A DNA stretch of 64,000 bases from Squalus acanthias (Eukaryota): NCBI GenBank assembly GCA_030390025.1, contig CM059432.1:55616001-55680000 (forward strand), given 5' to 3'. Both the position numbers and the translations under genes were made by a program. The number at the start of each line of letters is the position of its first letter. The stretch's first letter is position 1. Positions 24,715 to 37,776 of the stretch are shown here, one piece after another. Under the pieces are notes generated by a model. That model was not told where the DNA came from, made no database searches, and saw only the letters and a program-made list of their open reading frames with translations.

Positions 24715-25685
24715 CCTCACCCACCACTGTCCCTCTGGGCTCTGCCGGCAGATCAACAATCTTCGGATTTCCCTCCAGAATGTCTGCACACTCAAGAACA
24801 AGGTTGTGACATCTGAAGTCCCCCAAGGAGCCATTCTTGGTTCCCTCCTCTTCATCAGCTACATACTGCCCCTTGGCAACATCATCCAAAGCCACGTGGG
24901 CAACTTCCATATATCTGCTGATGACCCCCAGCTCTACCGCTCCTGTCTTGACCCGTGTTGCCAGACTGCTTGTCCAACATCGAGCCATGTTTCTCCAGCT
25001 AAAACTTGGGAAGACCAAAGCCATTGTCTTTCGCCCCTGCCACAAACTCTATGCGCTCGCCACTGACTATATCCCAGCCACTGCTCATAACCTCAGCATC
25101 CTAATTGGACCCCATCAGCCTTCGCCTCATATCCTACAAAGATTGCCTACTTCCACCTCCGTAACATAAAAACATAAGAAATAGGAGCAGGAGTAGGTAA
25201 TTCGGCCCTGCGAGCCTACTTTGCCATTCAATAAGATCATGGCTGATCTTCTACCTCAACTCCACCTTCCTGCACTATCCCCATATCCTTTAATTCCTTT
25301 AATATCCAAAAAAACATTGGCTCCCTCTGTCCCTACCTCATCCCATCCACTGCTGAAACCCTCATTAATGCTTTTGTTACCTCCAGTCTTGATTACTCCA
25401 ATGCTCTCCTGGCCAGACTTTTTGTACATCTGTCCCTTGCTTCGTTCCACAATTGATGGCCATGCTTTCAGCCACCTAGGTCCTACTGTCTAGAATGCCC
25501 TCTGTAAACCCTTCCAATTTGCTATCCTCCTTTAAAACACTCCCTAAAATGCACTTCTTTAAGCTAGCTATTTGTCACCTTCTTCTAATTCCTCATTCTT
25601 TGGCTCGGTGCCATTTACCTTACTTCTCTGCCCTTGGGGCATTTTCTTACATTAAAGGTGCTTTATAAATGCAAGTTGTTGTTGT
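24715..25685 (+). mobile_element. Degenerate L2 with a minus-strand CR1-tail insertion at ~25166-25310
   Basis: EVPQGAILGSLLF...ISADDPQLY; (ttg)n tail; insert aacataagaaataggagcaggagtagg is a reverse CR1 3' end. Confidence 0.8.
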
Positions 25686-25813
25686 CTACTGCTAAAGTCC
25701 TTTCCCATGTCTTCCATCACCTCAAGGATTGATTTCTCAAATGCTCTCTTCACCGGCTTCCACAAACTTAAGCAAATCCTGAACTACACAGCTTTTGTCC
25801 TTTCCCACACATA

Positions 25814-26559
25814 GGGCTGGATTTTCATTGACCCGTGGAGGCGGGTTTGGAGGCGTGTGGGGGGGTTAAAATTGCGAAAAGTGGCGGGCAGGCACAAGTC
25901 CGCCTCCATCCCGCCTCCACGCAATTTTCATTAAATCTTGTCTGCTGGTCCCGACTCCGTCCCGCCTTTAAGAGACGGGATAGGCTGTTAAGACCCTTAA
26001 CAAGGACTAAATTGGCTCTATAATGCCATTTTGAAAGGCCTTTGTGATTTTAACCCTTGATCTACGTGAAGCACGCCTGTTCTGAACCACGATTGTGAAA
26101 CCTGGCGGGAGCACATTTGGATAGCTGACTATCAGCTGCAGGTCCACTATTACAACGGAGATGTGATGAAGGTAGTAGTAGTATTAGGTCTGAAAGTCAC
26201 CTCTGATGCTGCTGCATTGAATGTCTTCACAGACTGCCTGGCCTTTGCTATGAGAGGACCTGATGCAAAAAAATCTCTCTCTCTCTCTCTCCTTAGAGCT
26301 GCTGCTCATTTTGCATCCAGGTCCTCTCACAGCAAAAGGCAGGCAGTCTCTGACCTGCAATGCAGCAGCAATGATGACATCATCAGAGGCGACTTTCAGA
26401 CTGAAACCACTAATTGGTTCATGGGTTCCCACATGCTGGAACTCAATTGCCCAATTAAGTGAAAATTGCATCAATCTCCCTCATCCAATTGCAGTCGGGT
26501 GGATAACACGAAATGCGGATGACACGACCCCAACCCGCCCCAGTATCAAAATCCAGCCC
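25814..26559. mobile_element. Harbinger-type MITE inserted in an old L2 fragment (~25720-27000)
   Basis: TIRs gggctggatttt / aaaatccagccc; TSD ATA on both sides; flanks rejoin into L2-like sequence. Confidence 0.9.
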
Positions 26560-28494
26560 ATAGTCTTGCACACCCATTACCCGTTTTCAATGTGCTCCAC
26601 TGGCTCTTTGTGCTCCAGCAAATTGATTTCACATTTTTCCCTGTTTTCTAGTCCCTCCACAACCTGGCCCACACTGTCCGGAAGTGTTCTCCAGTCCTGC
26701 ACCAATGTGCACTCTCCATCCCTCTGACTCTAGATTACTGTTTGATTCCCTCCCCCTCTTCCATCAGCAGAGGCCAATTTTTCAACTATTATATCTATGC
26801 CCTATGGAATTCTCTTCCAAAATCACTTTGCTTTGCTACCTCTCTCCCTACCTTTGAGAGATTCCTAAAAGCACATCTCTTCAACCAAGCCTTTGATTCC
26901 CCTAACTCTCCAAAATTCCTTCACTTCCTGCTTGGTCTCTACTTCTCCTGCTTGTAAAGTTCACTGAGATTTATTTACATAAGCTGCTGTTGTTGCTGCT
27001 GCACTTCCTCCTTTCAAAATTTATCAATTGCCATTGAGCTATCCATTTCACCCATTAAAAATAATCTACAACTAAGATATGCAAATTAAAAGTATTCCTG
27101 ACACAGGTGTATTTACACATCAGATATTAACTCCAACTACAATACGCGTTGTGAAGAACTACAGTGTATTTTTGTCTTAACCTTGCAAACCAAAAAAGTC
27201 ATCCCAATATACCTTATGTACATTGACCTGACAACAAAGTCTGGCATAAATCCATGACCGTACAAATGCTGAAAACTTTATGCACTCTAATTTATTTTAA
27301 ATGGCAACTCCAAGACAGCCCAGAAGCACAAGTGATGTAAGCACTCATCTTTTAAAGAGCTGGTTTGTCGTTTATAGTCCCAGGATATGTCCCGCCCTGA
27401 AGCTATCAAGCCACAGCTGAGGTTACGTTTGGTTAGTTATTAGTCAAGCCACTAGATTTGAGAAGCACCCCACTATGGCATATGGCGGTGGTGGGGGGCG
27501 GGGGGGGGGAAGCTGGGAACAAGCAGGAACTGACACAGAATACCACCTCCAGCTAAATCCATTGAAAAAGAAGTGGAAGGAAAATGGGGGGGATCACAGA
27601 GGAAGCTGCAGCCCAAACAGTGCTGTTAACCTTGCCTACGGAGGCAGCATGCTGGTCATCAGTAGTTAAAACACATTTTTTTTCAAACCATAATGTTTTT
27701 TGTGTCTAACATTTCATCTCACCCACATCCCTAAACCTGATATGCTGAACAGTTCACTGGAAGATAATGACATTTCAGTATTTTTATCTAATTACACTGG
27801 AAGCCAAGACCTCTGACCCCTAACCACAGCCCCCTATATTCTTCTTAATACCTTGATCCATTGTTCTTGCTCCTTCTTTTCAGCCATTATTTACACCCAC
27901 TGGGATACAGTCACCACTTTGTAAACCTTTAAGAGATTCTAATCTTCTCAATTTCCCTGCCTTTTGGTGTTGTCCATGCAAGATTCTTTCAAAGTCTTGA
28001 AGCAGCAAAATAAAACCAATCCTGGCTAACAATTCAGAAGTTTGTCATTTTCCCTACTTTCACAACAGATTGGCTGAAGCTCACTTTCTTTGTAGTGTTA
28101 TTTGAAGCTCACATCTGTTTCCAGCTACACAGACATCAAATTCCCAAGGCACTTGTGGCTTGGTACCATTAAGGAATTGAATCTCTTGACACAAACTGAG
28201 ATGTGGAACGTTTGGGCTATTGAAGAAAAAAGAATAATGAAGTATAAACCAATATGTGTGCTGCATTTTAGTTTCCAAGAGTGCACAGTACAGGCTTCCA
28301 AACCAACTCCTCTGGAGTGTTTAACATTTGTTGCTGTTGCAATAGATCGGCTATTGAAGAGTTAAGATGTACTATTATAAGTTTTACCAGTTCAGAAGCA
28401 GCAACGGTTAAAATCTATGTAGTTTGGTGGGTTTTCAGATTTATTTCTGATTTAGTAGACTCTGGAGTAAATACACACATGGCCAATTTATATG

Positions 28495-30307
28495 AGAACA
28501 TAAGAACATTCAGCCCCTCGATCTTGGCTGATCTGATCTTGGCTGATCTGATCTTGGCCTCAACTCCACTTTTCTGCCTGTTCCCCATAACCCTGACTCC
28601 CCTGTAGTTCAAAAATCTGTCTATCTCAGCCTTGAATATATTCAATGACTCAGCCTCCACAGCTCTCTAGGGTAGAGAATTCCAAAGATTCACGACCCTC
28701 TGAGAGAAGAAATTCCTCCTCATCTCCATTTTAAATGGGCGGCCCTTATTCTGAAACTATGCCCCCTAGTTCTAGATTCCCCCATGAGGGGAAACATCCT
28801 CTCAGCATCTACCCTGTTAAGCCCCCTCAGAATCTTACATGTTTCAATAAGATCACCTCTCATTCTTCTAAACTCCAATGAGTATAGGCACAACCTGCTC
28901 AACCTTTTCTCATAAGACAACCCTTTCATCTCAGGAATCAACCTAGTGAACCTTCTCTGAACTGCCTCCAATGCATGTATATTCCTCCTTAAATAAGGAG
29001 ACCAAAACTGTACGCAGTACTCTAGGTGTGGTCTCACCAACGCCCTGTACAGTTGTAGCAAGACTTCCTTACTTTTACACTCCATTCCCCTTGCAATAAA
29101 GGCCAACATTCCATTTGCCTTCCTAATTACTTGCTGTACCTGCATGCTAACTTTTTGTGTTTCATGTACGAGGACCCCCAGATCCCTCTGTACCGCAGCA
29201 TTCTGTAGTCTCTCTCCATTTAAATAATATTCTGTTTTTCTATTCTTCCTACCAAAGTGGATAACCTCACATTTTCCCACATTATACTCCATCTGCCAAA
29301 TTTTTGCCCACTCACTTAACCTGTCTATATCCCTTTGCAGACTCTTTGGGCTGGATTTTACCAGCCCTGAGGAGGTGGATTTGGAGACGGGACTGCTGGA
29401 AAAGTCAAAAAGAATGGGAGCGGATCCCGAACCCGCTTCCAACCAATCTTCCCAGGAGTCGGGTTCCCGATTTGCGCAGGGACCCGACTCCTAGCAGCGG
29501 GAAGACGATTATAGCCACTTAACTGCCTGCTAACAGGTAGTTAACAGGCAGTTGAGGCTTTTCCCAATTTTTCGACTGCTGCTGCGGGCTTCCCGACGTT
29601 GGGGAACCCCGCCAAGGTAAGTGAGGCGTGCTGTGGGTCTGTTGTTATGTTGGTGTATAGATGACAGCTGCAGAAGTGGTGTGAAGGATCCAATGGGACA
29701 ATGGTTACTATCAGAGGTAAGGAAAGGTTGGGAAAGTAATTTTTAATGTGGTTAGATGTTTCTGCAGGTGTGAAGTGTTTGTGTGGCCTCATCTCATTGG
29801 GAGAAGTGACAGATAGCTTCTGCAATCTCAGCTGAAGCTACCATCTGTTTTATCCTAAGGAGAGAGTAATTGGAGAGCCTGGGTTCAAGGGCTCACCTGT
29901 GTACAGTGATTGTCAGTGTTTGGCAGCACCTCACTTAACCTATCTAACTTAACCGGCAGATGAAGCGTCATCAACTGACGTCATCTGACACCGGCTTTCC
30001 CTTAATTGGCCGGCAAGCCCGCAGGACGGGCTTAACAAGGCCAATCAGGGCAAAATAGCGTCTGTTCGTCAGACATCGCGGGGGGCGGGACTAGAACCCG
30101 GAAGGCACCAGTCTCGCCCCCAACTCGTCTCGGTAAGTAAAATCCAGCCCTTTGTGTCCTCCTCACAACTTGCTTTTCCACCTATCTTTGTATCGTCAGC
30201 AAATTTGGCTACAGTACACACAGTCCCTTCATCCACATCATTAATATAGATTGTAAATAGTTGAGGCCCCAGCACTGATCCCTGTGGCACCCCGTTAGTT
30301 ACAGTTT
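28495..30307 (-). mobile_element. CR1 LINE 3' portion split by a MITE
   Basis: GVPQGSVLGPQLF, KFADDTK, WQMEYNVGKCEV, ALVRPHLEYCVQFW; (ttcttatg)n tail. Confidence 0.93.
29348..30150. mobile_element. Harbinger-type MITE inserted in CR1 RT
   Basis: TIRs gggctggattttac / gtaaaatccagccc; TSD TTT; removal restores CEEDTKSLQRD. Confidence 0.93.
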
Positions 30308-32282
30308 GGTGAACTATATGTACAATTGCTTTATCTTTTCTTAAGCGGGCTCCAGCAGTTAGGCTGCTCAACGCGGAGTACCTATGAGACTAGCTGGGTC
30401 TCTGCTGGCCGCCCATTCTGTGTTAGAAACAGGCAGCCAGTAGTTGAAAATCCTGCCCCCCCCACCCCCTTTGTTTTGTTAAGGCCAGAGAGGAAAAATT
30501 GAATTGCTGACCTGCATAGGAAGGCTAGCGGCCAGAAAACATGGCCGCCTCGACTCCCAGTGGTAACGGTTATATTACCACAAGGGACATCGCTGCTTTG
30601 ATGCCTCCAGAAGCAGTAGCGCCACCTCATTTACTTTGTTATTTTGCTGCTGAAGTCAGGACTGTCATTGGCAGCAGTGCGATAAAGTAAATGGGGAATT
30701 AGTAGATGCTGCAAAATAGCACTGAGATTATAGTTTTTGTTCATAATGTTATTTTTAATAAAAAATATGTTCTAAAGGACGTCCAACTTTTTAGTGAAGT
30801 AAATAAAAGGTCATCTTTATTTGTCCATATATGGTACGGTGGTGCACCAATACTCAGAATGATGGGATGCAGATATGAACCCACAATCCCTTACTCTGCT
30901 GAGTTGTCAGTCTTTGTTGAATTACTATTGAATTACTACCCATAGACAGGAAAAAACAAAACAAAATGGCAGAGGCAGAGTCATCGTTTTTTTTTCTTCA
31001 AATCTCCTAATGGCTGGTTCAGCTAACATTGGTGGGAGCCTAGAGATGCTCACCCATCTGCTCAGTCACAGCTGATGCGTGGCCTGCAGGACCATGGAGT
31101 GAGGGCCAAATAGAGAGCCTTACCCTCAATTTAAAATAAAAATCAGAGGCTATAGATTAGATATTTCAGAAATATCGTAACTCATCTGATATATACCTAT
31201 GAAGGAGTTAACAAACAGAACTATATTAATTGTGCAAAGTCCCTTTAATTAACTTATATTCAGAATTAAAATATAACACTTTTGGATCGACCAGGACCAC
31301 ATGTTTGTGAATCCTTCAGTTATTCAAACTATAATTAGAAACACATGCCGTCCTTAAAACATATTTTATTCAATGGGCCCAAATACAGTGTTACTATATT
31401 GGGGATGGAGGTGTCTACTATAATTTATTACATAATGTCAGTGCAACCTGACATTATGCTTGATATGATGCAGGACTAGGATTTAAATCTCACACAGAGC
31501 AATGTAAATGTCTTCGACAGGGTGAGCTAGATGAGAGTGAAGTGGCCTTTCTCCATTCCTAACTGATGTTCCTTATGACATTGACTGCTTTAGAAATACA
31601 AAATTTCTTTTGATAACTCCTGACCTTAAAAATATTTCTTGTTTATGGAACATTAGAGCTTTAAACTGAAAGAATCATAAACATCAATGAAAGGAGCAGC
31701 TACAAGGCTGCTCTTGAGTCCCTGACAAACAGCTCCGTGCCGACACTTTCTTTGGAAAGATTGTTGTTTTCTATTTTTTTCTTCCCCATTTTTGTTCGTG
31801 TATCATTCCCCATTTACCAGTTCTGTACTTATTTCATATTAGCAACCAGTCAAAGGTGGCACACCAGTCACTTTTTCCCTTCTTTGCATGGAAGCCTCAG
31901 GTACCACTCACAGTTAATTCAGGAACTGAGCATGTGGAGAAACTGAAAGCCTAAATCCACATCTTACCATTGGCATGGAGTATCAACATATTGTGCCACT
32001 TGTTAATATTTAATCTGGGTAAGCAACAGTTGTTCCTTAACTTTGTTTGAATAATCCAAATAATGCAAACGGATTCTATTTAAAAAGAGCATTAAGCCAT
32101 AGTGCCACACTGTTGGGCCAGAATCGATAATGCTTCAACATTAAAGAGAAAACATTTTAAAACATCTTTTACGTCCTCAGAATATCTTAAAGCACTTCAC
32201 AGTGAATAAATTACTTTTGAAGTTCTAGCCTGGTTCTTATGAAGGCAAACACAGCAACCAACTTGCCAACAACAAGGTCCCA

Positions 32283-32428
32283 CAAAAGCAAAATACTGCG
32301 GATGCTGGAAATCTGAAATAAAAACAGAAAATGCTGGAAATACTCAGCAGGTCAGGCAGCATCTGTGGAGAGAGAAACAGTTAGCATTTCAGGTCGATGA
32401 CCTTTCGTCAGAACTGTTTTTATTTCAA
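32283..32428 (-). mobile_element. Penelope-like element terminal fragment
   Basis: caaaagcaaaatactgcggatgctggaaatctgaaataaaaacagaaaatgctgg... carrying a hammerhead motif. Confidence 0.7.
32378..32416 (-). ncRNA. Minimal type I hammerhead ribozyme motif (probably inactivated)
   Basis: Minus strand: cagtt CTGACGA a aggtc-atc-gacct GAAA tgct aactg; stem I 5 bp, stem II 5 bp; U16.1 position reads C. Confidence 0.72.
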
Positions 32429-32852
32429 ATAACCAGTTAATTTGTTTTTGGTGTTATTGGTTGAGGGACGAATGTTGGCCAGGACACTGGACGCACTCCC
32501 CTGCTATTCTTTGAATAATACCATGGGATCTTTTACATCCAGCTGAACAAGCAGATGCAGTGTTAGTTTAAGAAGAGGAAAACAGCCACACCGGACAATG
32601 CAGCACTCCCTCGGTACTCATTGAAGTGTTAGCCTACATTATGTGCTCAAGTCCTAAGCAAAGAAAAATAAAAGCATTTATTGCTGATGGAGCTGCTTCT
32701 GGATCTCAGCCAAAACCACCATTTTTGGCTCAGCTTATTTAGCTCAACTTGTGTACTGCCAGTACCTGCAGTCTGACCTTGTTGCCAAGGCAATGAGGCA
32801 TTCTTTGCATATGCAACAGGATCACTCCCGTCTTCTGTCACGAGTGTATAAA

Positions 32853-33610
32853 GGGGGCGAAATTCCCTTCGTTTGCACCTCCGGGGGGCTCCCCCACCCC
32901 CCTCCCGAGGCGATAACCGTGCCTCCCGCGAAATTCCGTGGGAGGTTAGCGGCGGTGCTACTGGGTATCGCACCAATCTTCTGCGCCCGGAGATCATGAC
33001 GTCATCTCCAAGCGCAGCGCCCCGGGAGAATAATTCCGCCTCGCGCCCCGCAGCAGCCCCGGGCGATGTTACCGATTGCTGCAGGGGTCGCGAGGCGGAA
33101 TTATTCTCCCGGGGCGCTGCGCCTGGAGATGACGTCATGATCTCCGGGCGCAGAAGATTGGGGCGCAACTTAAAGGCGTGGTGGCCGGTCGACATGAAAA
33201 AAATCACCGATTAAAAAAAAAATTCTGAGCACCGGACGCGGGTTGAGTGCCGCGATCGGTCAGCCCAGCACTCAGCTGATCGCGTGCCACTCCCACACCC
33301 GGGTGCTCCAGCAGATGCCAAAAAAATGCAGAGCTCGCAGCGGGGAACCCTTCCCTTTAATTGAGGGAAGAGCCCCATGCAACGCGGCATCACCACGCAT
33401 GGTGCTGCTGAGCACATCGCCCCGGATCGGGACATTCCCCGCCTCTTGCCCGCCAAAAGGCAAGTGGAGCACTTTATTTAGCACTCACTTCCCCCTTGGA
33501 GCAAAAAATGGGAATTTCTCAAATGTTTGAAAAGGTTAGTGCCTGGCGCCAAGTTTTCAGACATTTTTGACTTAGCGCCTCAAATAGCCCTCGAGGGGAA
33601 TTTCTCCCCC
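32853..33610. mobile_element. CpG-rich Harbinger-type MITE with long internal inverted repeat
   Basis: TIRs gggggcgaaattccc / gggaatttctccccc; TSD AAA. Confidence 0.92.
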
Positions 33611-33899
33611 AAAATGTCTGAATCATTTTGCTTGAGGATGTGCTACTTTGGAACTATATTCAAACTGGTTTCCAAAAATAATGCAACAATAAAAGTAATT
33701 CACCTGAACAAAAAGAAAATCACAAAATATCTTGCACATGGCTCCATACTCCCTCAACCAATACCACCAAAAAGGTTAACTTGTCACTTATTAGATTGCT
33801 GTTTGAGTGTTCTTAATATGTGTAAAACAGCTTCTGTTAACTTACCTTTCACTTCAGTGTGGATGGTTCAATGAAATCCACCAAAAGAGAACCATATGA

Positions 33900-34697
33900 T
33901 TTTTTTTTACTATTCATTCATGGGATGTGGGCATGGCTGGCAAGGCTGCATTTATTGCCCATCCCTAATTGCCCTTGAGAAGGTGGTGGTGAGCCGCCTT
34001 CTTGAACTGCTGCAGCACGTGTGGTGAAGGTACTCCCACAGTGCTGTTAGGTAGGAAGTTCCAGGATTTTGACCCAGCGACTATGTGTGTAACCTGGAGG
34101 GGAACTTGGAGGTGATGGTGTTCCCATGCGCCTACTGCCCTTGTCCTTCTACGTGGTAGAGGTCGCGGGTTTGGGAGGTGCTGTCGAAGAAGCCTTGGTG
34201 TGTTGCTGCAGTGCATCTTGTAGATGGTACACACTGCAGCCACAGTACGCCGGTGGTGCAGGGAGTGAATGTTTAAGGTGTAATGGGGTGCCAATCAAGC
34301 GGGCTGCTTTGTCCTGGATGGTGTTGAGCTTCTTGAGTGCTGTTGGAGCTGCACGCATCCAGGCAAGTTGAGAGTATTCCATCACACTCCTTACTTGTGC
34401 CTTGTAGATGGTGGAAAGGCTTTGGGGAGTCAGGACTTGAGACACTCGCCACAGAATACCTAGCCTCTGACCTGCTCTTGTAGCCACAGCATTTATGTGG
34501 CTTGTCCAGTTAAGTTTCTGGTCAATGGTGACCGCCCCCCCACCCCCCCAAGGATGTTGATGGTGGGGAATTCGGCAATGGTAATGCCGTTGAATCTCAA
34601 GGGGCGGTTTGTACCATCTACAAGATGCAGAATGTCAAGGGCGGTGGTTAGACTCTCTCTTGCTGGAGATGGTCATTGCCTGGCACTTGTGTGGTGC
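33900..34697 (-). mobile_element. CR1-group LINE (second family) 3' fragment
   Basis: ATRAGQRLGIL...IQDKAARLIG; homologous to 12530-13290. Confidence 0.9.
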
Positions 34698-36149
34698 GAC
34701 ATAAAACTCACCTTATTTATGTTTTAGCAAACTAAGAATCTCTTTTTTACCTTTAATATATTCGAGACTTTTACCTTTCTTTAACTTATCTTCCATACTG
34801 GGAAGCGCACGGGAGAACCAAATTTACTTTGTCATAAAGACAGTATAACAAAGTATGCTTCTACTCATCATAAGGAACGCCATGGGAGAGCTGCTATTCT
34901 ATATATAATGACAGTGGAACTGATTTTCCTGTGATTCATGCTGGGGGAACACTTATTGCCTGGGGGCTAAGCACATGAAATAGGGCCCGAGACCCATCAC
35001 ACTGGATCTCCAGCCTCTTGACACTCACTGCAACAGTTCAAAAAGGAGGTGGGTGAGTTCCTTGCTGTGGCTAATATCACCGTGTACAAAAGGTAGGTGT
35101 GGTGTTTGGTATGTTCCTCATGGTCACTGTGACTTCCAGAACTTGTTTTGATTACCTTAGGGGTTCGGAGAGTAACTTCTCAGATTTTCTTTCCCTTAGT
35201 TGGCCTAGGGTTTTTTTTTTATCTTGTTTTTTTCCTGCTCCCGGGAGATTGCATGATGGGAGGAAAAACTGGGGGTCATGATGCTCAGTTGCCTTGTGAC
35301 TGTTTGAAACAAGTTCGATGGCCCAGCCAGTCTTTTCCTATCTGTCTTTTTGCATTTTCGTGTGTCCTGGGACTTCTGTGGCATCCCCAAAGGGGGAGGC
35401 ATACTGTCAGCACATGCAATAGGCAAAGGCCGGGGAAGTCATTCAAATGAGGCTTCGTGTTCCTGTTCCTGTTCCCACCCAGCCAGGGACCCATTTGAAG
35501 GGGCACTCAGAAGAATGGCCAAAAGTGTCAACTCATAGTTTTGAGAGAGGCTGAGGCCTTCAAGTAAAACCTTCAATTAAAAACACGAAAGACAATCTAA
35601 TGGATAAATTTAATCATGTTACTGTAAAATGTGTAATTTTTTGATTTTATTTAAAACTTTATTTTGGACAGCCGCAATTTCAGTTACTGAGAAAAAAAGA
35701 CGTGAATTTTTTCAGAATGAATTTTTGAGTGATTTGTGGGACAAGATAATACAGCACCACCTAGTGACATGATAGGTAATCACTACAAGTCATTGTTGTC
35801 ATTTAACGTGGGAATTCCCAATAAAGCACCAGCTATTGACATAACAGGTAATTATTATATCTAAGTGTAGCAGGTAAGTGTTGACATTTAATATTGGAAT
35901 TCCCACAGGAATTTTTTACATAGCAGCTTTCAATGGAGAAAACAACGTACGTAAGAATTCTTACTGTATTCGAGATATATTAGTCCATCTTCAGTGGTGT
36001 TGCACATGGGTGGGGGTTGGGTATGTCAAGGTCAAGTGTCGTCGTAAGGTGAAGCAGGGTTAGAGGGTGGAGATAATTGGAGCTGTGCAGGCAGACATAG
36101 TTCAGCTTGCATATTATAGTCTATATTCTGTCCTTATTTTAATATGATA

Positions 36150-36702
36150 TGGTCGGCCTCCCATCTTCCACCCTACATAAACTTGAGCTCATCTAAAACT
36201 TTGCTGCATGTATCCTAACTTGCACCAAGTCCCGTTCACCCATCACCCCTATGCTCGCTGACCTACTTGACCTACATTGGCTCCCGGTCCAGCAATGGCT
36301 CAATTTAAAAATTATCAACCTTGTTTTCAAATCCCTCCATGACCTGTCCCCTCCCTATCTATGTAACCTCCTCCAGCCCTACAACCCTTCAAGATCTCGG
36401 CGCTCCTCCAATTCTGGCCTCGTGCGCATCCCCAATCTTGATCGCTTCACCATTGGCGGCCGTCCCTTCAGCAGCCTAGGCCCTAAGTTCTGGAATTCCC
36501 TCCCTAAACCTCTCCGCATCTCTATCTCTCTCTCCTCCTTTAAGAGGCTCCTTAAAACCTAGTTCTTTCACCAAGCTTTTGGTCATCTGTCCTAATATCT
36601 CCTTACGTGGTTCAGTGTCAAATTTTGTTTGATAGCACTCCTGTGAAACGCCCTGGGACGTTTTACTACGTTAAAGCTCTATATAAATGCACGTTGTTGT
36701 TG
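36150..36702 (+). mobile_element. L2 3' fragment
   Basis: DLHWLPVQQ...KFWNSLPKP; (ttg)n tail. Confidence 0.9.
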
Positions 36703-37776
36703 ATAGTTTGATTTTGTATTATTATTTATCGTTAAATCGCAAAACCTACAGCAATTTGGAAAGCAAAGAAGTAAAGTTGGTTGTAACATAGTAATTTCTC
36801 TGATGTACACGCTGGGAGATGCGAAGCTCAAGTGCAGCAGTGCCACCCGTGGAAAGAGGTGTAAGACTATAGAATGACATGTTTACAAGGCAATTTCTTA
36901 TAGTTAAAGGAAGTGGAAGCAGATGTAAGATTATTAATATATTATGAGCCAATCTTTCATGGCACTTCACATTGCAAGTCAAATATGCTCACTCTCTTAG
37001 CTGTCTCTGATATCTTCACATTACTGTTTCTCTCTGCCTCCCCTCTTCTGCTTCTGTCTCTCCCTTTCAGGTTGTACAATGGCAATGTCAGTGAATCCAG
37101 TTGAGAGATAAAGGGGGAAAAAACAAGCTCCAGCTTGGCAGTAAAATGCACTAGGCAAGCAAACAAAATACTTAAAATAATAATTTAACATAAATTTAAC
37201 CAGTAAATATGCATTATATTTCCCGACTGTGCAGGCTGGTGTCACCCTGGGATACTGGCATGACCTTAGGGTCTGTTGTGATTTTTCTTTACTTTGTTGG
37301 TAATTTATTGCATTGAATGTGTTGCTGAATATTAAACTTGATAAATAATTTCTACCTAAAGAACCATTTTCTTCCATTTGGAAGTGAATGGACTTGTTTA
37401 TGTTTTTTTCAGTTGCTTCTTAAATCTTTGTTACTACTTTCATGGTTTTAACATTATTCTGAGATGTAATTAAATTTCCAAAATAATTACACGGTTCATA
37501 AATCATTTTCTTTTTAGAAGGAGAGGGACTTGGTTCAATTGTACTTTTAAACAAAATATTTAATTTACACAATTACATTAACCAATGTACTGCCAGAGAA
37601 AATTAAACCCCACAGAGAGAAAGGGAAAGTGTCCCAAGATGCACATCAAACTTGAAATTTACTTTTGATAGTCAAGACCAGCATGCTGAAGTGGGGAGGC
37701 CTGGGGAAACTCCCAAGTGACTGCTTATGCCAAATGTGGAAAACTCGGCAGATGTTTTGGTATATCAACATATGTT

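Larger units (their letters stand above)
32150..32660 (-). mobile_element. Deu-domain SINE interrupted by a Penelope-derived fragment
   Basis: ttggttgaggg...ttggccaggacac...catgggatcttttacatcca matches 56070-56160. Confidence 0.78.

Noticed and set aside
28720..29442. 240-aa ORF as a host gene
   Set aside because: CR1 RT C-terminus fused by chance to MITE sequence
32647..33214. Overlapping ORFs with repeated peptide LLRPEIMTSSP on both strands
   Set aside because: Consequence of the internal palindrome of a GC-rich MITE
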